This document shows positions 24,961 through 37,475 of a stretch of 64,000 nt of DNA, piece by piece. The DNA is taken from assembly GCF_963921235.1 (NCBI RefSeq), contig NC_086097.1, forward strand, positions 79,858,001 to 79,922,000. The letters run 5' to 3'. Under the pieces are notes generated by a model. That model had not been told where the DNA came from and made no database searches. It saw only the letters and a program-made list of their open reading frames with translations. Position numbers and translations under genes: made by a program. Source of the stretch: Mobula hypostoma. Taxonomy: Eukaryota. Within the stretch, counting starts at the first letter, position 1, and each line of letters starts with the position of its first letter.

Positions 24961-27470
24961 AACACACATAAAATGCTGGAAGAACTCAGCAAGTCAGACA
25001 ACATCAATGGAGGGTAATAAGCAATAGATGTTTTGGGCTGAAAACCTTCGTCAGGACTGGAAAGGAAGAGGACAGAAGCCACAATAGAAAGGTAGGGGAG
25101 AGAAAAGGAGTACAAGCTAGCAACTGGTAGATGAGAGGGAAGGTGTGGGGGAGATGTTGAAGTACGAAGCTGGAGGGCGATAAGTGAAAGAGGTAAAGGG
25201 CTGCAAAGGAGTATGGTAGGAGACAACTGACCATGGAAGAAAGGGAAGGATGAGGGGCACAAGAGGAAGACTATGCATAGGGGAGAAGAGAAGGGCTGAG
25301 TGGGTAACCAGAATGGTGAAAGGAAAAGAGAGAAGTGGTATGGGAGGGAAAAAAATTACTGGAAGTTAGAAAAAAATCAATAGTCATGCTATCAGGTTAG
25401 AGGCTATCCAGACAGAATATGAGTTATTACTCTTCCATTTGGAACTTGGCCTCATCATAGCAATAGAGGCGGCCATGGACAGACATGTCAGAATGGGAAT
25501 GGGAAGTCCACCTTTTGCGACAGACAGAGCGAAAGTGGTTGACAACGTGGTTCTCCAAGCTGTGTTGGGTGTCGCAAGAGTACAGGAGACCATACCAGCA
25601 GCACCGGATACAATGGATAACCCTGGCAGTCTCATAGATGAAATATTGCCTCAGCTGGAAGGACTATTTGGAGCAATGAATGGTGGTGAGCGAAGAAGTA
25701 TAGAGACAGTTTTAGCACCTGTCACGTATGCAGGGATAAGTGCCAGGAGGGAGCTCAGTGGGGAGGACCAAGTGGACAAGAAAGTCATATAGAGTATGAT
25801 CCCTACAGAAAGTGAAACGGGGTGTTGGTGGGAAGGAGGGAAGGAAAGATGTGCTTAGTGGTAGCATCCCACTGGAGATGATGGAAATTACATAGAAAGG
25901 TGTGTGGAATATGGAGGCTTATAGGTTGGTAGGTAAGGATAAGGCAAACTCTATTCCTGTTATGGCAGGGGGAGAGCTGTGAGATTGGGATGAGGGCAGG
26001 TGTGCGAGAAATGTAAGAGATGCTGGTGAGGGCAGCATTGATGGAGATGGAAGGGAAGCCCCATTCTTTGATAAAGGACGCCATCTCAGATATTCTTTGC
26101 ATTTCTGGTCAGATGCTAAATGTATTTCATTGGCTTTGTATCTGTACTCGGCACAATGACAATAAAGTTGAATCTAATCTAATGTTCGAGTATAGAAAGC
26201 CTCATCCTGAGAACAGATGCAATATGGTCAGCCGAACTGAAAAAAAGGAATAACATTTTTACAAGTGACAGGGTGGAAAGAGGTATAGTCAAAATGACTA
26301 CGATAGTCAGCAGGGTTTGTAAAGGATGTCAATAGATAGTCTAACTTCAGCGATGGAGCCAGAGATTGAGAGATTGGGAGAGATGTGTCAGAGATGGACC
26401 AAGTAAATTTGAGGGCAGGGTGCAAATTTGAGGCAAAGTTGATGAAATTCATGAGGATGGAATAGGTGCAGGGAGCAGCGCTTTTGCTTTAAAGAAAGCT
26501 GAAAGTGAAATTATTGAGGGTGAGAAGTATTTTCGCCAGATGGAGGAGGGTGGTGGTGCAGAGGAACAGGTAAAGTCTGTTACCCACAAAGAAGAAGAGA
26601 GATTTCAGGTCTTCCTGATGGGGAGAGATGTGCATAGGAACTGGATGTCCTTAATTAAAACAGGGTGATCAGGACCAAGAAACTGAAAGTGATTGAAGTA
26701 ATGGAGAACATGTAAAGTGTCATGGATGTAGGCAAGAAGGGACTGAAGCAAGGGGCACACAAGTTCACTGGGGCAGGAGCTGGCCTCTCCATTGACCCCA
26801 CGAATCTTTAACCCTCCTCTGACCACAGCTCCAACTGCTGCCATATCTTCACCATCCTCTCCAGTCTGCCCCTCTCTGAGGCAGCAAACTCTATCCTCAG
26901 CAAAGCCCTTATCTTTGTCCTACAGTACCCACACCTCAGCGAGTTTAGCAGCTGCTATGATGTTTCTCTCTCTTTGTTGTATCTATCTTCAAGCCTACTT
27001 CTTTGGCAAGAATTCCCCACACCCCACCAATGATACCAGTCTTCAACCCTCCTCCTCTTCACAGACAACCCACTCTGGAATACTTCATCTCCAACTGCTT
27101 ATGAGGCATCAACAATCTCAACTTCATCACTCCTCTCTCCTATTCAAACCTCACACCCTCAGAACTCACTGCCCTCCACACCATCGTAAACACTGACAAA
27201 CCCAGTGACAATGGGAGGGGATGCTGTTGTTGTCTGGCAGACTGATCTCTACCTTGCTGAGGTCAGACAGTAATTCTCATCTACCTTCTCTTACTACTCC
27301 CACACCATCACCAACCTCATTGATTCCGGTGATTTCCCCACCCACTACCATCAGACTCATAGTTCTCTTACCATGCACTGCTTGTTTCTACCTCTTATCC
27401 ACACATCTGACTATCTGGGTAGGCCCATTGTTTCTGCCTGCTCTTGCCGAACTGAACTTGTGTCTGTATC
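24961..27470 (-). mobile_element. Long degenerate Penelope-like element (RT + GIY-YIG) with inverted 5' segment
   Basis: 24961-26780 is minus-sense (FINFASNLHPALKFTWSISDT); 26781-27470 is plus-sense N-terminal coding ending RPIVSACSC.TELVS; a small Rex-type tail is inserted at ~26092-26182. Confidence 0.8.
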
Positions 27471-27489
27471 TGCAGGATCTCTCATGTTC

Positions 27490-27975
27490 ATAAGGCTTTG
27501 GAGAGGCTGCAGAAGTTTACCAGATTTCTGCCTCAATTAGAAGGCATGTGCTGTGAGGAGAAGTTGTACAAACTTGGGTTGCTTTCTCTCGAGCAGCAGA
27601 GGCCAAGGGGAGATTTGATAGAGGTTTATAAGAGTAGGAGAGACATAATCCCTAGGTCAAATGTCTAATACTAGAGGGTATGCATTTAAAGTGAGAGTGG
27701 GTAAGTTTAAAGGAGACGTGCAGGGCAAGATTTGTTTTTTACAGACAGAATGATGGGAGCTTGGAACGCACTGCCGGGATGGTGGTTGAGACAGATACTC
27801 TAGAGACGTTCAACAGGCTCATAGACTGGCATATGTATATGTAGGAACTGGAAGGACAAGCCATGGTGAAGGCAGAAAGGATTATTTAAGTTAAGCATTT
27901 GATTACTAATTTCATTAGTTCAGTGTAACATCATCAGTCATAAGGCCAATTCCTGGGCTATACTGTCCTATGTTT
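27490..27975 (+). mobile_element. CR1 3' fragment
   Basis: ALERLQ.FTR, RGDLIEVYK-like coding and CR1 3' UTR. Confidence 0.8.
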
Positions 27976-28249
27976 TATCCATTGCATAATTGCTGTTGAT
28001 GGATTAACCATATGTTGACTACAAACAGCCTGATTTTCATATCCATTGGCATCAGCAGACAGTAAGAATGGGCGGGGTTTACAACATATAACTGCTGCAC
28101 GCTTTGTGAACTATGCTGGTTTAGTTTTACCTCTGTTAGTTTTAGCCTGTGTCCAAATGGTTATTTTTGCAATTCTGTGTTCTACTGAATGTGAAACAAT
28201 TGATAGGTATTCTTCGAAGTATGAAATACTCACTTTTTAGCTCGACATT

Positions 28250-29190
28250 AATAGAACACAGAACAGTACAGGACAGGAGCAGGCAATTAACCCACAACGT
28301 AGGTGCCGATCAAGATGCCAATTTAAACTAATCCCTTCCTCCAGCACCTAATCTATTTCCCTCCATTCCCTACCTGCTCATGTGTCTGTCTAAATGCCTC
28401 TTAAACATTGCTGTCATTTCTGCTTCCACCACTTCCCCTGGCATTGCATCTGTATAAAATAAATCCCTTATAAATCTTTAAGCATTCCTCCTCTGATTCT
28501 AAATTGATGCCCTAGTTACTGACATTTCCACATTTGGAAAAAGACTATCTACACTTCTCATGATTTAGGTCAGGTTGCTTTTCATCTTCTGAAACTCCAA
28601 AGAAGACAATCCAAGTTTGTCCAAACTTTCCCTATAGATAATACTCTCCAATCTACGCAACATCTGCTGAATCTCTTAAATTTTCCCCATAGCTTCCCAT
28701 AATGCACCAGTCAGAACAGCACACAATACTCCAAATGTGGCCTAACAAAGGTGACATAATTTGCCAATGGTAGCATAGTAGTTAGCACAGTGCTTTACAG
28801 TACAGTTCAATTCCCACCACCGTCAGTAGGGAGTTTGTATGTTTTTCCCGTGACTGTGTGGGTTTCCTCCAGGTGCTCTGGTGTCCTCCCACAGTCTAAA
28901 GACCTACTGGTTGGTAGGTTAATTGATATTTGTAAATTGTCCAGTGACTAGGCTAAGACCAAATCAGGCGTTTATGGGTAGCATGTCTTGAAGGGCCTAT
29001 TGTGTGCTGTATCTCAATAAATAAACTTTTATACTCTGTGCCCCAACTAATGAAGACAAGTAGGCCATGTGCCTTTACTATCCTACTTGTAGGGATTTGC
29101 ACCCCAAGTTCCTTCTTATGTCAATGCACCCAAAGGCACTGCCATCAACTGTATACTTCCCTCTTATATTTGACCTTCCAAGGTGTAATA
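28250..29190 (-). mobile_element. Old CR1 3' fragment interrupted by a SINE
   Basis: Tail AGAACACAGAACAGTACAG at 28253; CACAATACTCCAAATGTGGCC (RPHLEYCV on the minus strand). Confidence 0.75.
28767..29025 (+). mobile_element. tRNA-derived SINE (V-SINE/HE1-like)
   Basis: A-box-like TAGCATAGTAG, B-box-like AGTTCAATTCC, core GTGGGTTTCCTCCAGGTGCTCTGG..CCTCCCACAGTC, AATAAATAAA tail. Confidence 0.75.
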
Positions 29191-29456
29191 TACATATTTT
29201 AATTTGCAAGTAAATGGCTAAGTACAGTTGTTAAAAAAAAAGTTTGTGAACCTTTGCAATTCCCTGGTTTTCTGCATTACTCAAAAAATATGGTCTGATC
29301 TTCTTCTAAGTCACAATAATAGACAAACACAATCTGCCTAAACTAATAACACACAAACAATTGTACTTCTTCTTGCCAATACAAAGTACACCATTTAAAC
29401 AATCACAATCTAGGTTCAACAAATGTGAACCTCTGGGGTAATGCATTCTACTAAAG

Positions 29457-30186
29457 CAGGGGTCCCCAACCTTTTTTGCACCACGGACCGGTTTAATATT
29501 GACAATATTCTTGCAGACCGGCTGACCGGGGTGGGGGGTGGGTGTTCAAGTAGGGTTAAACTCACCTCAACATGTCTTTTACAGTTAGGGTTGCCAACTT
29601 TCTCACTCCCAAATAAAGGGACAGAAGTAGCAGTCAAATCCAATCCCAGGACACTTTACCCCAGGAAAGACTACCATGACCATGAAGCCTTGCGCGGGCA
29701 TCTGTGTGCGCATGCGCATACATGCCTATTTTTTCCCCACAAATCGGTTTTGCCTTCATCTTCCCGACTATACTGTACATACATTATTTTGACTTTATAT
29801 AGGCTGTGTATTTATCATATCATTCCTGCTTTCACTATATGTTAGTGTTATTTTCGGTTTTGTGTGTTATTTAGTATGATTTGGTAGGTTATTTTTTGGG
29901 TCTGGGAATGCTCAAAAAATTTTCCCATATAAATTAATGGTAATTGCTTCTTTGCTTCACTCCATTTCGGCACGAAAGGTTTCATAGGAACGCTCTACCT
30001 TAGCGGGGGAAATACGGACAAACCAATTTAGCCCAATATACGGGATGTCCCGGCAAATACAGGACGGTTGGCAACCTTATTGTTCAACAGTGTGTGACAG
30101 GGAATAAGGAAAGGTGCAACTGACTCATATCATTTCCTCACGGCCCGGTAGCACATGCTTTGAGGCCCAGTGGTTGGGGACCGCTG
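29457..30186. mobile_element. Non-autonomous composite hAT element inside the Tc1
   Basis: TIRs CAGGGGTCCCCAACC / GGTTGGGGACCGCTG; 8-bp TSD TACTAAAG / TTCTAAAG; inner inverted pair TAGGGTTGCCAAC / GTTGGCAACCTTA. Confidence 0.85.
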
Positions 30187-30336
30187 TTCTAAAGCTATTT
30201 GGAGTCAGGTGTTCCAATCAATGAGATGAGATTGGAGGTGTGGGTTGTAGTGGTGCCCTGTCCTATAAAAAAGACACCCAAAGTCAGGTTACTGACAGAA
30301 CCTGCTCGACTCAAGAAAGATCTGTTTATGTGCACC

Positions 30337-32045
30337 ATGCCTCAATCAAAACAACTTTCAGAGAACCTTGGAAGAAGAATTGTAGAGATGCATGAAGCTG
30401 GAAAAGGCTACAAAAACATTTCTAAAGACCATAAGACGAAGGAGCAGAAGTCGGCCATTCGGCACATCGAGTCTTCTCCGCCACTTTATCATGAGCTGAT
30501 CCATTCTCCTATTTAGTCCCACTCCCCTGCCTTCTCACCATAACCTTTGATGCCCTGGCTACTCAGATACCTATCAATCTCTGCTTTAAATACACCCAAT
30601 GACTTGGCCTCCACTGCCGCCCGTGGCAACAAATTCCATAGATTCACCACCCTCCGGCTAAAAAAATTTCTTTGCATTTCTGTTCTGAATGGGTGCCCTG
30701 CAATCCTCAAGTCATGCCCTCTCGTACTAGACTCCCCCATCATGGGAAACAACTTTGCCACATCCACTCTGTCCATGCCTTTCAACATTCGAAACGTTTC
30801 TATGAGGTCTCCCCTCATTCTTCTAAACTCCAAGGAATACAGTCCAAGAGCAGACAAACGTTCCTCATATGTTAACCCTCTCATTCCCGGAATCACTCTA
30901 GTAAATCTTCTCTGTACCTTCTCCAACGTCAGCACATCCTTTCTTAAATAAGGAGACCAAAACTGCCCACAGTACTCCAAGTGAGGTCTCACCAGCACCT
31001 TATAGAGCCTCAACATCACATCCTTGCTCCTATACTCTATTCCTCTAGAAATGAATGCCAACACTGCATTCGCCTTCTTCACCACCGACTCAAGACCTGA
31101 GTGTTCATCAGTCCACAATAAGAGTAATTGTCTACAAATGGAGGAAATTCAGTTCTGTTGTTTCTTCACCTCAGAGTGGATGTCCTGAAAAGATCACACC
31201 AAGAGCACAACTTTCAATGCTGGAGAAGGTGAAAAAGAACCCAAAGGTAACACCAAAAGACCTACAGAAATCTCTAGAACTTGGTAAATAATGTTCATGT
31301 GTCATTGCAACAATCTGTTCATATGTCCACTATCAGAAAAACACTGAACAAGAATAATGTTCATGAAGGACACCACAGAGGAAACCACTGCTCTCCAGAA
31401 AAAAAAATGGTACATGTCTCAAGTTTGCAAAAGGCCACTTGAATGTTCCACGATGCTTCTGGGACAACATTCTGTGGACAGATGAAACAAAAGTGGAACT
31501 TTTTGGCAGAAATGCACACTGCTATGTTTGAAGGAAAAAGGGCACTGCACACCAACACCAAAACCTCTTCCCAACTGTGAAGCATGGTGGAAGGAGCATC
31601 ATGGTTTGGGATTGCTTTGCTGCCTTAGGGCCAGGACAGCTTGCAATCATTGAAGGGACAATGAATTCAAAATTGTATCGAGACATTTTACAGGAGAAGG
31701 TCAGGGTAATGGTCTATCACCTGAAGCTTAAAAGAAGTTGGATGATACAACAAGACAATGATCAGAAATACAAGAGTAAATCAACAACAGAATGGCTTAA
31801 AAAGAACAGTTCTGTTTTGGAATGGCCAAGTCATAGTCCAGACCTTAACCCCACTTGAGACGATGTGGCCTGACCCGAAGCGGACTGTTCATGCAAGGCA
31901 TCCCAGAAATATTGATGAACTGAAACAGTTTTGCTTTGAGGAAAGGTCTGAAATTCCTCCTTGCCATTGTGCAAGTCTGATCAGCAGCTACAGGAAATGT
32001 TTGGTGGAGACTATTGCTGCTGCAGGAGGTTCTACCAGTTATTAA
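30337..32045 (+). pseudogene. Tc1 DDE transposase pseudogene
   Basis: MPQSKQLS..HEAGKGYKNISK, WTDETKVELF, VKHGGRSIMVW, QQDND, SPDLNP, GGSTSY*; frameshifts and a CR1 insertion. Confidence 0.9.
30431..31091 (-). mobile_element. CR1 3' fragment inserted in the transposase
   Basis: ORF 30513-31118; 6-bp TSD AAGACC at 30425-30430 and 31092-31097. Confidence 0.92.
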
Positions 32046-32509
32046 CTACAAGGGTTCACATACTTTTTCCAGCCAGGACTGTGAATGTTTAAACAAGGTG
32101 TTCAATAAGGACATGAAAAGTAGTACAATTGCATGTGTGTTATCAGTTTAAGCAGATTGTGTTTGTCTATTATTGTGACTTAGATGAAGATCAGACCACA
32201 TTTTATGAGTAATTAATGCATCAAACCAGGTCATTGCAAAGGGTTCACAAACTTTTTCTTGCAACTGTAGGTACAGAAAATCAATCCTTATCATCCAATT
32301 TACAATTGCCATTAAAATTTGATATAACCCTGAATCTGTTTTAAAGGAAGTGGATTAAAATAATTTTATTACACTCTCTTTCCTCCCTTGTGTTTCTATA
32401 CACATTAAGCCAAATATATCTTTTCCTTTAAAAAAAAACATACCCATACTATATGCAATACTCTAGCCATGGCTTCATCAAAGTCCTGTGCAATTGCAAC
32501 AAGACTCAT

Positions 32510-32805
32510 CATCAATATGTGCCATATTGTATGATGTGGGCAATTGAATTGTCTATGACCATGATTGTTCTTGGCGAATTTTTCTACAGAAGAGGCTAGC
32601 CATTGCCTTCTTCTGGGCAGTGTCTTTACAATATGGGTGACCCCAGCCATTATCAATATCAGAGATTGTCTGCCCGGTGTCATTGGTTGCAAAAGTAGGA
32701 ATTGGTATATGCACTAGCTGCTCATACAACCATCCAACACCTGCTTCCATGGCTACATGACCCTGATCAGTTGAGGGTGGGGGTAAGCGCAGGTGCTACA
32801 CCTTG
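32510..32805 (-). mobile_element. SINE-like repeat with RTE-type 3' region
   Basis: GCCATTGCCTTCTTCTG motif and CATCATCA tail resemble RTE-mobilised SINE ends; recognised by pattern only. Confidence 0.4.
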
Positions 32806-33067
32806 AAATAACACTAACCTTTCTAATTACTGGCTGAACCTACACTCTACATTCAGCAGTCATACACCCAAATCTCTCAGATGTTTACAATCTAATACCA
32901 CCTTTCTATTTTGTAAAAGAAGGAAGGTAACTATTATGCATGTAAATGACTGTTGCAGCTTTTGTCAGACACGGAGCAAGATTCAAAAAGAAAATGTAGT
33001 TTCTTCAATCTCTTAACTCCAGCATGGAAGTATTGTACTATCTATTCTTAACAAGAACTTCTACTTC

Positions 33068-33165
33068 ATAGTCATAGTCATAGTCATACTTTATTGATCC
33101 CGGGGGAAATTGGTTTTCGTTACAGTTGCACTATAAATAATTAAATAGTAATATGTAAATTATGA
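33068..33165 (-). mobile_element. Very short Rex1-type 3' terminus
   Basis: (CATAGT)3 tail plus CTTTATTGATCCCGGGGGAAATTGGTTTTCGTTACAGTTGCAC, identical to 19659-19701. Confidence 0.75.
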
Positions 33166-33204
33166 CATGGCACTATGACATGGCACTTTGACACGGCACA
33201 AACC

Positions 33205-33515
33205 TTCAGTCGAAGCAAGCAGCTGAGAAGGGAGTGATGAACTCGGGTACAAACAGTCATTTTTTTGTTTAAAACACTGCTTGGGGAGAAGGGTCTGCAC
33301 TGCGCAGGCGCGTGATGTAGCGCGCCAACGTTTAAAAAGAGAATATTTTCAACGGTTCTTGTTTCAGTTGAAGCAAGCAGCTGAGAAGGGAGTGAAGAAC
33401 TCTGGTAGAAAAAGTCATTTTTTTTTAAAACACCGGGGGAGAAGGGTCTGCACTGCGCAGGCGCGTGACGTAGTGCGCCAAGGTTTAAAAGCAGACCACC
33501 ATATACAGCGGCCAT
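33205..33515 (+). promoter_or_regulatory. Tandem ~158-bp 5' UTR monomers with NRF1-like, CRE-like and TATA-like motifs (putative internal promoter)
   Basis: Units start at 33205 and 33363; each has TGCGCAGGCGCG-TGAYGT...TTTAAAA; GCGGCCATC follows unit 2. Confidence 0.55.
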
Positions 33516-33636
33516 CATCAGAGTGAACTGAGTCAGAGTGGGACGGCTTTGGCTCAACAGGCTTCGGCGAGAACAGGCAGAGGCCAGGGTAGGTTCCGGT
33601 AAGTTTTTTTTGTTCAGATTATTTTGAGTAGAGGGA

Positions 33637-34563
33637 ATGCCAGGCAGGATGCTGGAATGCTCCTCTTGCAGGATGTGGGAAGTCAGGGAGCCCTCCGGTG
33701 TCCCTGACAACGACACCTGCAAGAAGTGCATCCAGCTGCAGCTCCTAACAAACCGCGTTAGGGAACTGGAGCAGGAGCTGGATGACCTGCGGATCATTCG
33801 GGAGAATGAGGAGATTATAGATAGTAGCTACAGGGAGGTAGTTATGCCAAAGGAGCAGAGGACAGGAAATTGGGTCACTGTCAGGCGAGGGAAGAGGAAA
33901 GGACAGGTAGAGCAGGGTTCCCCTGTGGCCATTCCCCTCAACAAGTATACTGCATTGGATACTGTTGGGGGGGATGACTTACCTGGGACAAGCTGCAGTA
34001 GCTGGATCTCTGGCACTGAGTCCGGCTCTGCAGTGCAGAAGGGAGGGTGGAAAAAGAGGAGAGCGGTAGTGATAGGGGACTCGATAGTTAGAGGTGCAGA
34101 TAGGAGGTTCTGTGGTCGTGACAGAGAATCCAGGATGGTTTGTTGCCTCCCGGGTGCCAGGGTCAAGGATGTCTCTGATCGATTGCATGACATTCTGAAG
34201 TGGGAGGGTGATCAGCCAGATGTCGTGGTGCATATGGATACCGATGACATAGCAAGGAAGAGTGAGGAGGTACTGGAGAGTGAGTATAGAGAGCTTGGTA
34301 GGAAGTTGAAAAGCAGGACCTCGAGGGTGGTCATCTCAGGATTGCTACCTGTGCTATATGCCAGGAGGGTAGGAATAGGATGCTCTGGAGGATGAACAAG
34401 TGGCTGAGGAACTGGTGTAGGGGGCAGGGTTTCAGATTTCAGGATCATTGGGACCTCTTCTGAGGCAGGTGGGACCTGTACAAGAGAGATGGGTTACACT
34501 TGAACCACAGGGGGACCAATATCCTTTCAGGGAGGTTTGTTAGTGCTATTGGGGAGGCTTTAA
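33637..34563 (+). pseudogene. CR1 ORF1p (CxxC zinc finger, coiled coil, SGNH esterase-like domain)
   Basis: CSSC...CKKC, LEQELDDL, VIGDSIVR, CLPGARV, SGLLPV; frameshift near 34360 and a stop at 34461. Confidence 0.88.
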
Positions 34564-34570
34564 ACTAGAT

Positions 34571-37475
34571 TTGCAGGGGGATGGGAACCATAGTGCCAGA
34601 GCTGACAGTGTGGCTGGGGTGAAAATAAATGATGTTAAAAGTTCAAGCAAATCCGCTAATAGAAAGGTTGTGAGTGGTGGTAAAAATCTTCTGAGGTGTA
34701 TATATTTCAATGCTAGTATTGCGGGGAAGGCGGATGAGTTGAGGGCGCGGATTGACACGTGGAATTATGACGTTGTAGCAATTAGTGAAACTTGGCTACA
34801 GGAGGGGCAGGACTGGCAGCTTAATATTCCAGGGTTCCGATGTTTCAGATGTGATTGAGGCAGAGGAATGAAAGGTGGGGGAGCTGCATTGCTTAGTAGG
34901 GAAAATATTACAGCAGTGCTCAGGCAGGACAGATTAGAGGGCTTGTCTACTGAGTCCTTATGGGTGGAGCTGAGAAACAGGAAAGGTATGGCCACATTAG
35001 TGGGATTGTATTACAGACCACCCAATAGTCAACGAGAATTGGAAGAGCAAATCTGCAGAGAGATAGCAGGCAACTGCAGGAAACATAAAGTTGTGGTGGT
35101 AGGGGATTTTACTTTTCCATATATTGATTGGGACTCCCATACTGTTAGGGGTCTAGATGGTTTAGAGTTTGTAAAATGTGTTCAGGAAAGTTTTCTAATC
35201 AATATATAGAGGGACCAACTAGAGGGGATGCAATATTGGATCTCCTGTTAGGAAACGAGTTAGGACAAGTGACGGAAGTCTGTGTAGGGGAGCACTTTGG
35301 TTCCAGTGATCATATCACCATTAGTTTCAACTTGATCATGGACAAGGATAGATCTGGTCCTAGGGTTGAGGTTCTTAACTGGAAGAAGGCCAAATTTGAA
35401 GAAAAGAGGAAGGATCTAAAAAGCATGGATTGGGATAGGTTGTTCTCTGGCAAGGATGTGATCGGTAGGTGGGAAGCCTTCAAAGGAGAAATTTTGAGAG
35501 TGCAGAATTTGTATGTTCCTGTCAGGATTAAAGGCAAAGTGAATAGGAATAAGGAACCTTGGTTCTCAAGGGATATTGCAACTCTGATAAAGAAGAAGAG
35601 GGAGTTGTACGACATGTATAGGAAGCAGGGAGTAAATAAGGTGCTTGAGGAGTATAAGAAGTGCAAGAAAATACTTAAGAAAGAAATCAGGAGGGCTAAA
35701 AGAAGACATGAGGTTGCCTGTGCAGTCAAAGAGCTTTTACAGGTATATTAAGAGCAAAAGGATTGTTAGGGATAAAATTGGTCCTCTTGAAGATCAGAGT
35801 GGTCGGCTATGTGCGGAACCAAAGGAAATGGGGGAGAACTTAAATAGGTTTTTTGCGTCTGTGTTTACAAAGGAAACTGGCATGAAGTCTATGGAATTAA
35901 GGGAAACAAGTAGTGAGATCATGGAAAATGTACAGATTGAAAAGGAGGAGGTCCTTGCTGTCTTGAGGAAAATTAAAGTGGATAAATCCCCGGGACCTGA
36001 CAGGGCATTCCCTCGGACCTTGAAGGAGACTAGTGTTGAAATTGCGGGGGCCCTGGCAGAAATACTTTAAATGTCGCTGTCTACGGGTGGAGTGCCGGAG
36101 GATTGGAGAGTGGCTCATGTTGTTCCGTTGTTTAAAAAGGATTGAAAAGTAATCCGGGAAATTATAGGCCAGTAAGTTTAACGTCGGTAGTAGGTAAGTT
36201 ATTGGAGGGAGTACTAAGAGACAGAATCTACAAGCATTTGGATAGACAGGGACTTATTAGGGAGAGTCAACATGGCTTTGTGCGTAGTAGGTCATGTTTG
36301 ACCAAATTATTGGAGTTTTTTGAGGAGGTTACCAGGAAAGTGGATGAAGGGAAGGCAGTGGATATTGTCTACATGGACTTCAGTAAGGCCTTTGACAAGG
36401 TCCTGCATGGGAGGTTAGTTAGGAAAATTCAGTCGCTAGGTATACATGGAGGGGTGGTAAATTGGATTAGACATTGGCTCAATGGAAGAAGCCAAAGAGT
36501 GGTAGTAGAGAATTGCTTCTCCGAGTGGAGGCCTGTGACTAGTGGTGTGCCACAGGGATCAGTGCTGGGTCCATTGTTATTTGTCATCTATATCAATGAT
36601 CTGGATGATAATGTGGTAAATTGGATCAGCAAATTTGCTGATGATACAAAGATTGGAGGAGTAGTAGACAGTGAGGAAGGTTTTCAGAGCCTGCAGAGGG
36701 ACTTGGATCAGCTGGAAAAATGGGCTGAAAAATGGCAGATGGAGTTTAATACAGACAAGTGTGAGGTATTGCACGTAGGAAGGACAAACCAAGGTAGAAC
36801 ATACAGGGTTAATGGTAAGGCACTGAGGAGTGCAGTGGAACAGAGGGATTTGGGAATACAGAAACAAAATTCCCTAAAGTGGCGTCACAGGTAGATAGGG
36901 TTGTAAAGAGAGCTTTTGGTACATTGGCCTTTATTAATCAAAGCGTTGAGTATAACAGCTGGAATGTTATGATGAGGTTCTATAAAGCATTGGTGAGGCC
37001 GAATCTGGAGTATTGTGTTCAGTTTTGGTCACCAAATTACAGGAAGGAAATAAATAAGGTTGAAAGAGTGCAGAGAAGGTTTACAAGGATGTTGCCGGGA
37101 CTTGAGAAACTCAGTTACAGAGAAAGATTGAATAGGTTAGGACTTTATTCCCTGGAGCGTAGAAGAATGAGGGGAGATATGATAGAGGTATATAAAATTC
37201 TGATGGGTATAGATAGAGTGAATGCAAGCAGGCTTTTTCCACTGAGGCAAGGGGAGAAAAAAACCAGAGGACATGGGTTGAGGGTGAGGGGGGGAAAGTT
37301 TAAAGGGAACATTGGGGGGGGCTTCTTCACACAGAGAGTGGTGGGAGTATGGAATGAGCTGCCAGACAAGGTGGTAAATGCGGGTTCTTTTTTAACATTT
37401 AAGAATAAATTGGACAGATACATGGATGGGAGGTGTATGGAGGGATATGGTCCGTGTGCAGGTCAGTGGGACTAG
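34571..37475 (+). pseudogene. CR1 ORF2p (APE endonuclease + RT), several stops and frameshifts
   Basis: ISETWL, YYRPP, GDF, SDH, KSPGPD, YRPVSLTS, GVPQGSVLGPLLF, FADD. Confidence 0.92.

Larger units (their letters stand above)
29225..32267 (+). mobile_element. Tc1/mariner DNA transposon, complete ends, disabled, with nested insertions
   Basis: Long imperfect TIRs beginning CAGTTG and ending CAACTG; TA TSD at 29223-29224 and 32268-32269. Confidence 0.93.

Noticed and set aside
28767..28830. tRNA gene
   Set aside because: A/B boxes belong to a SINE head, with no cloverleaf; the same applies to 50340-50400
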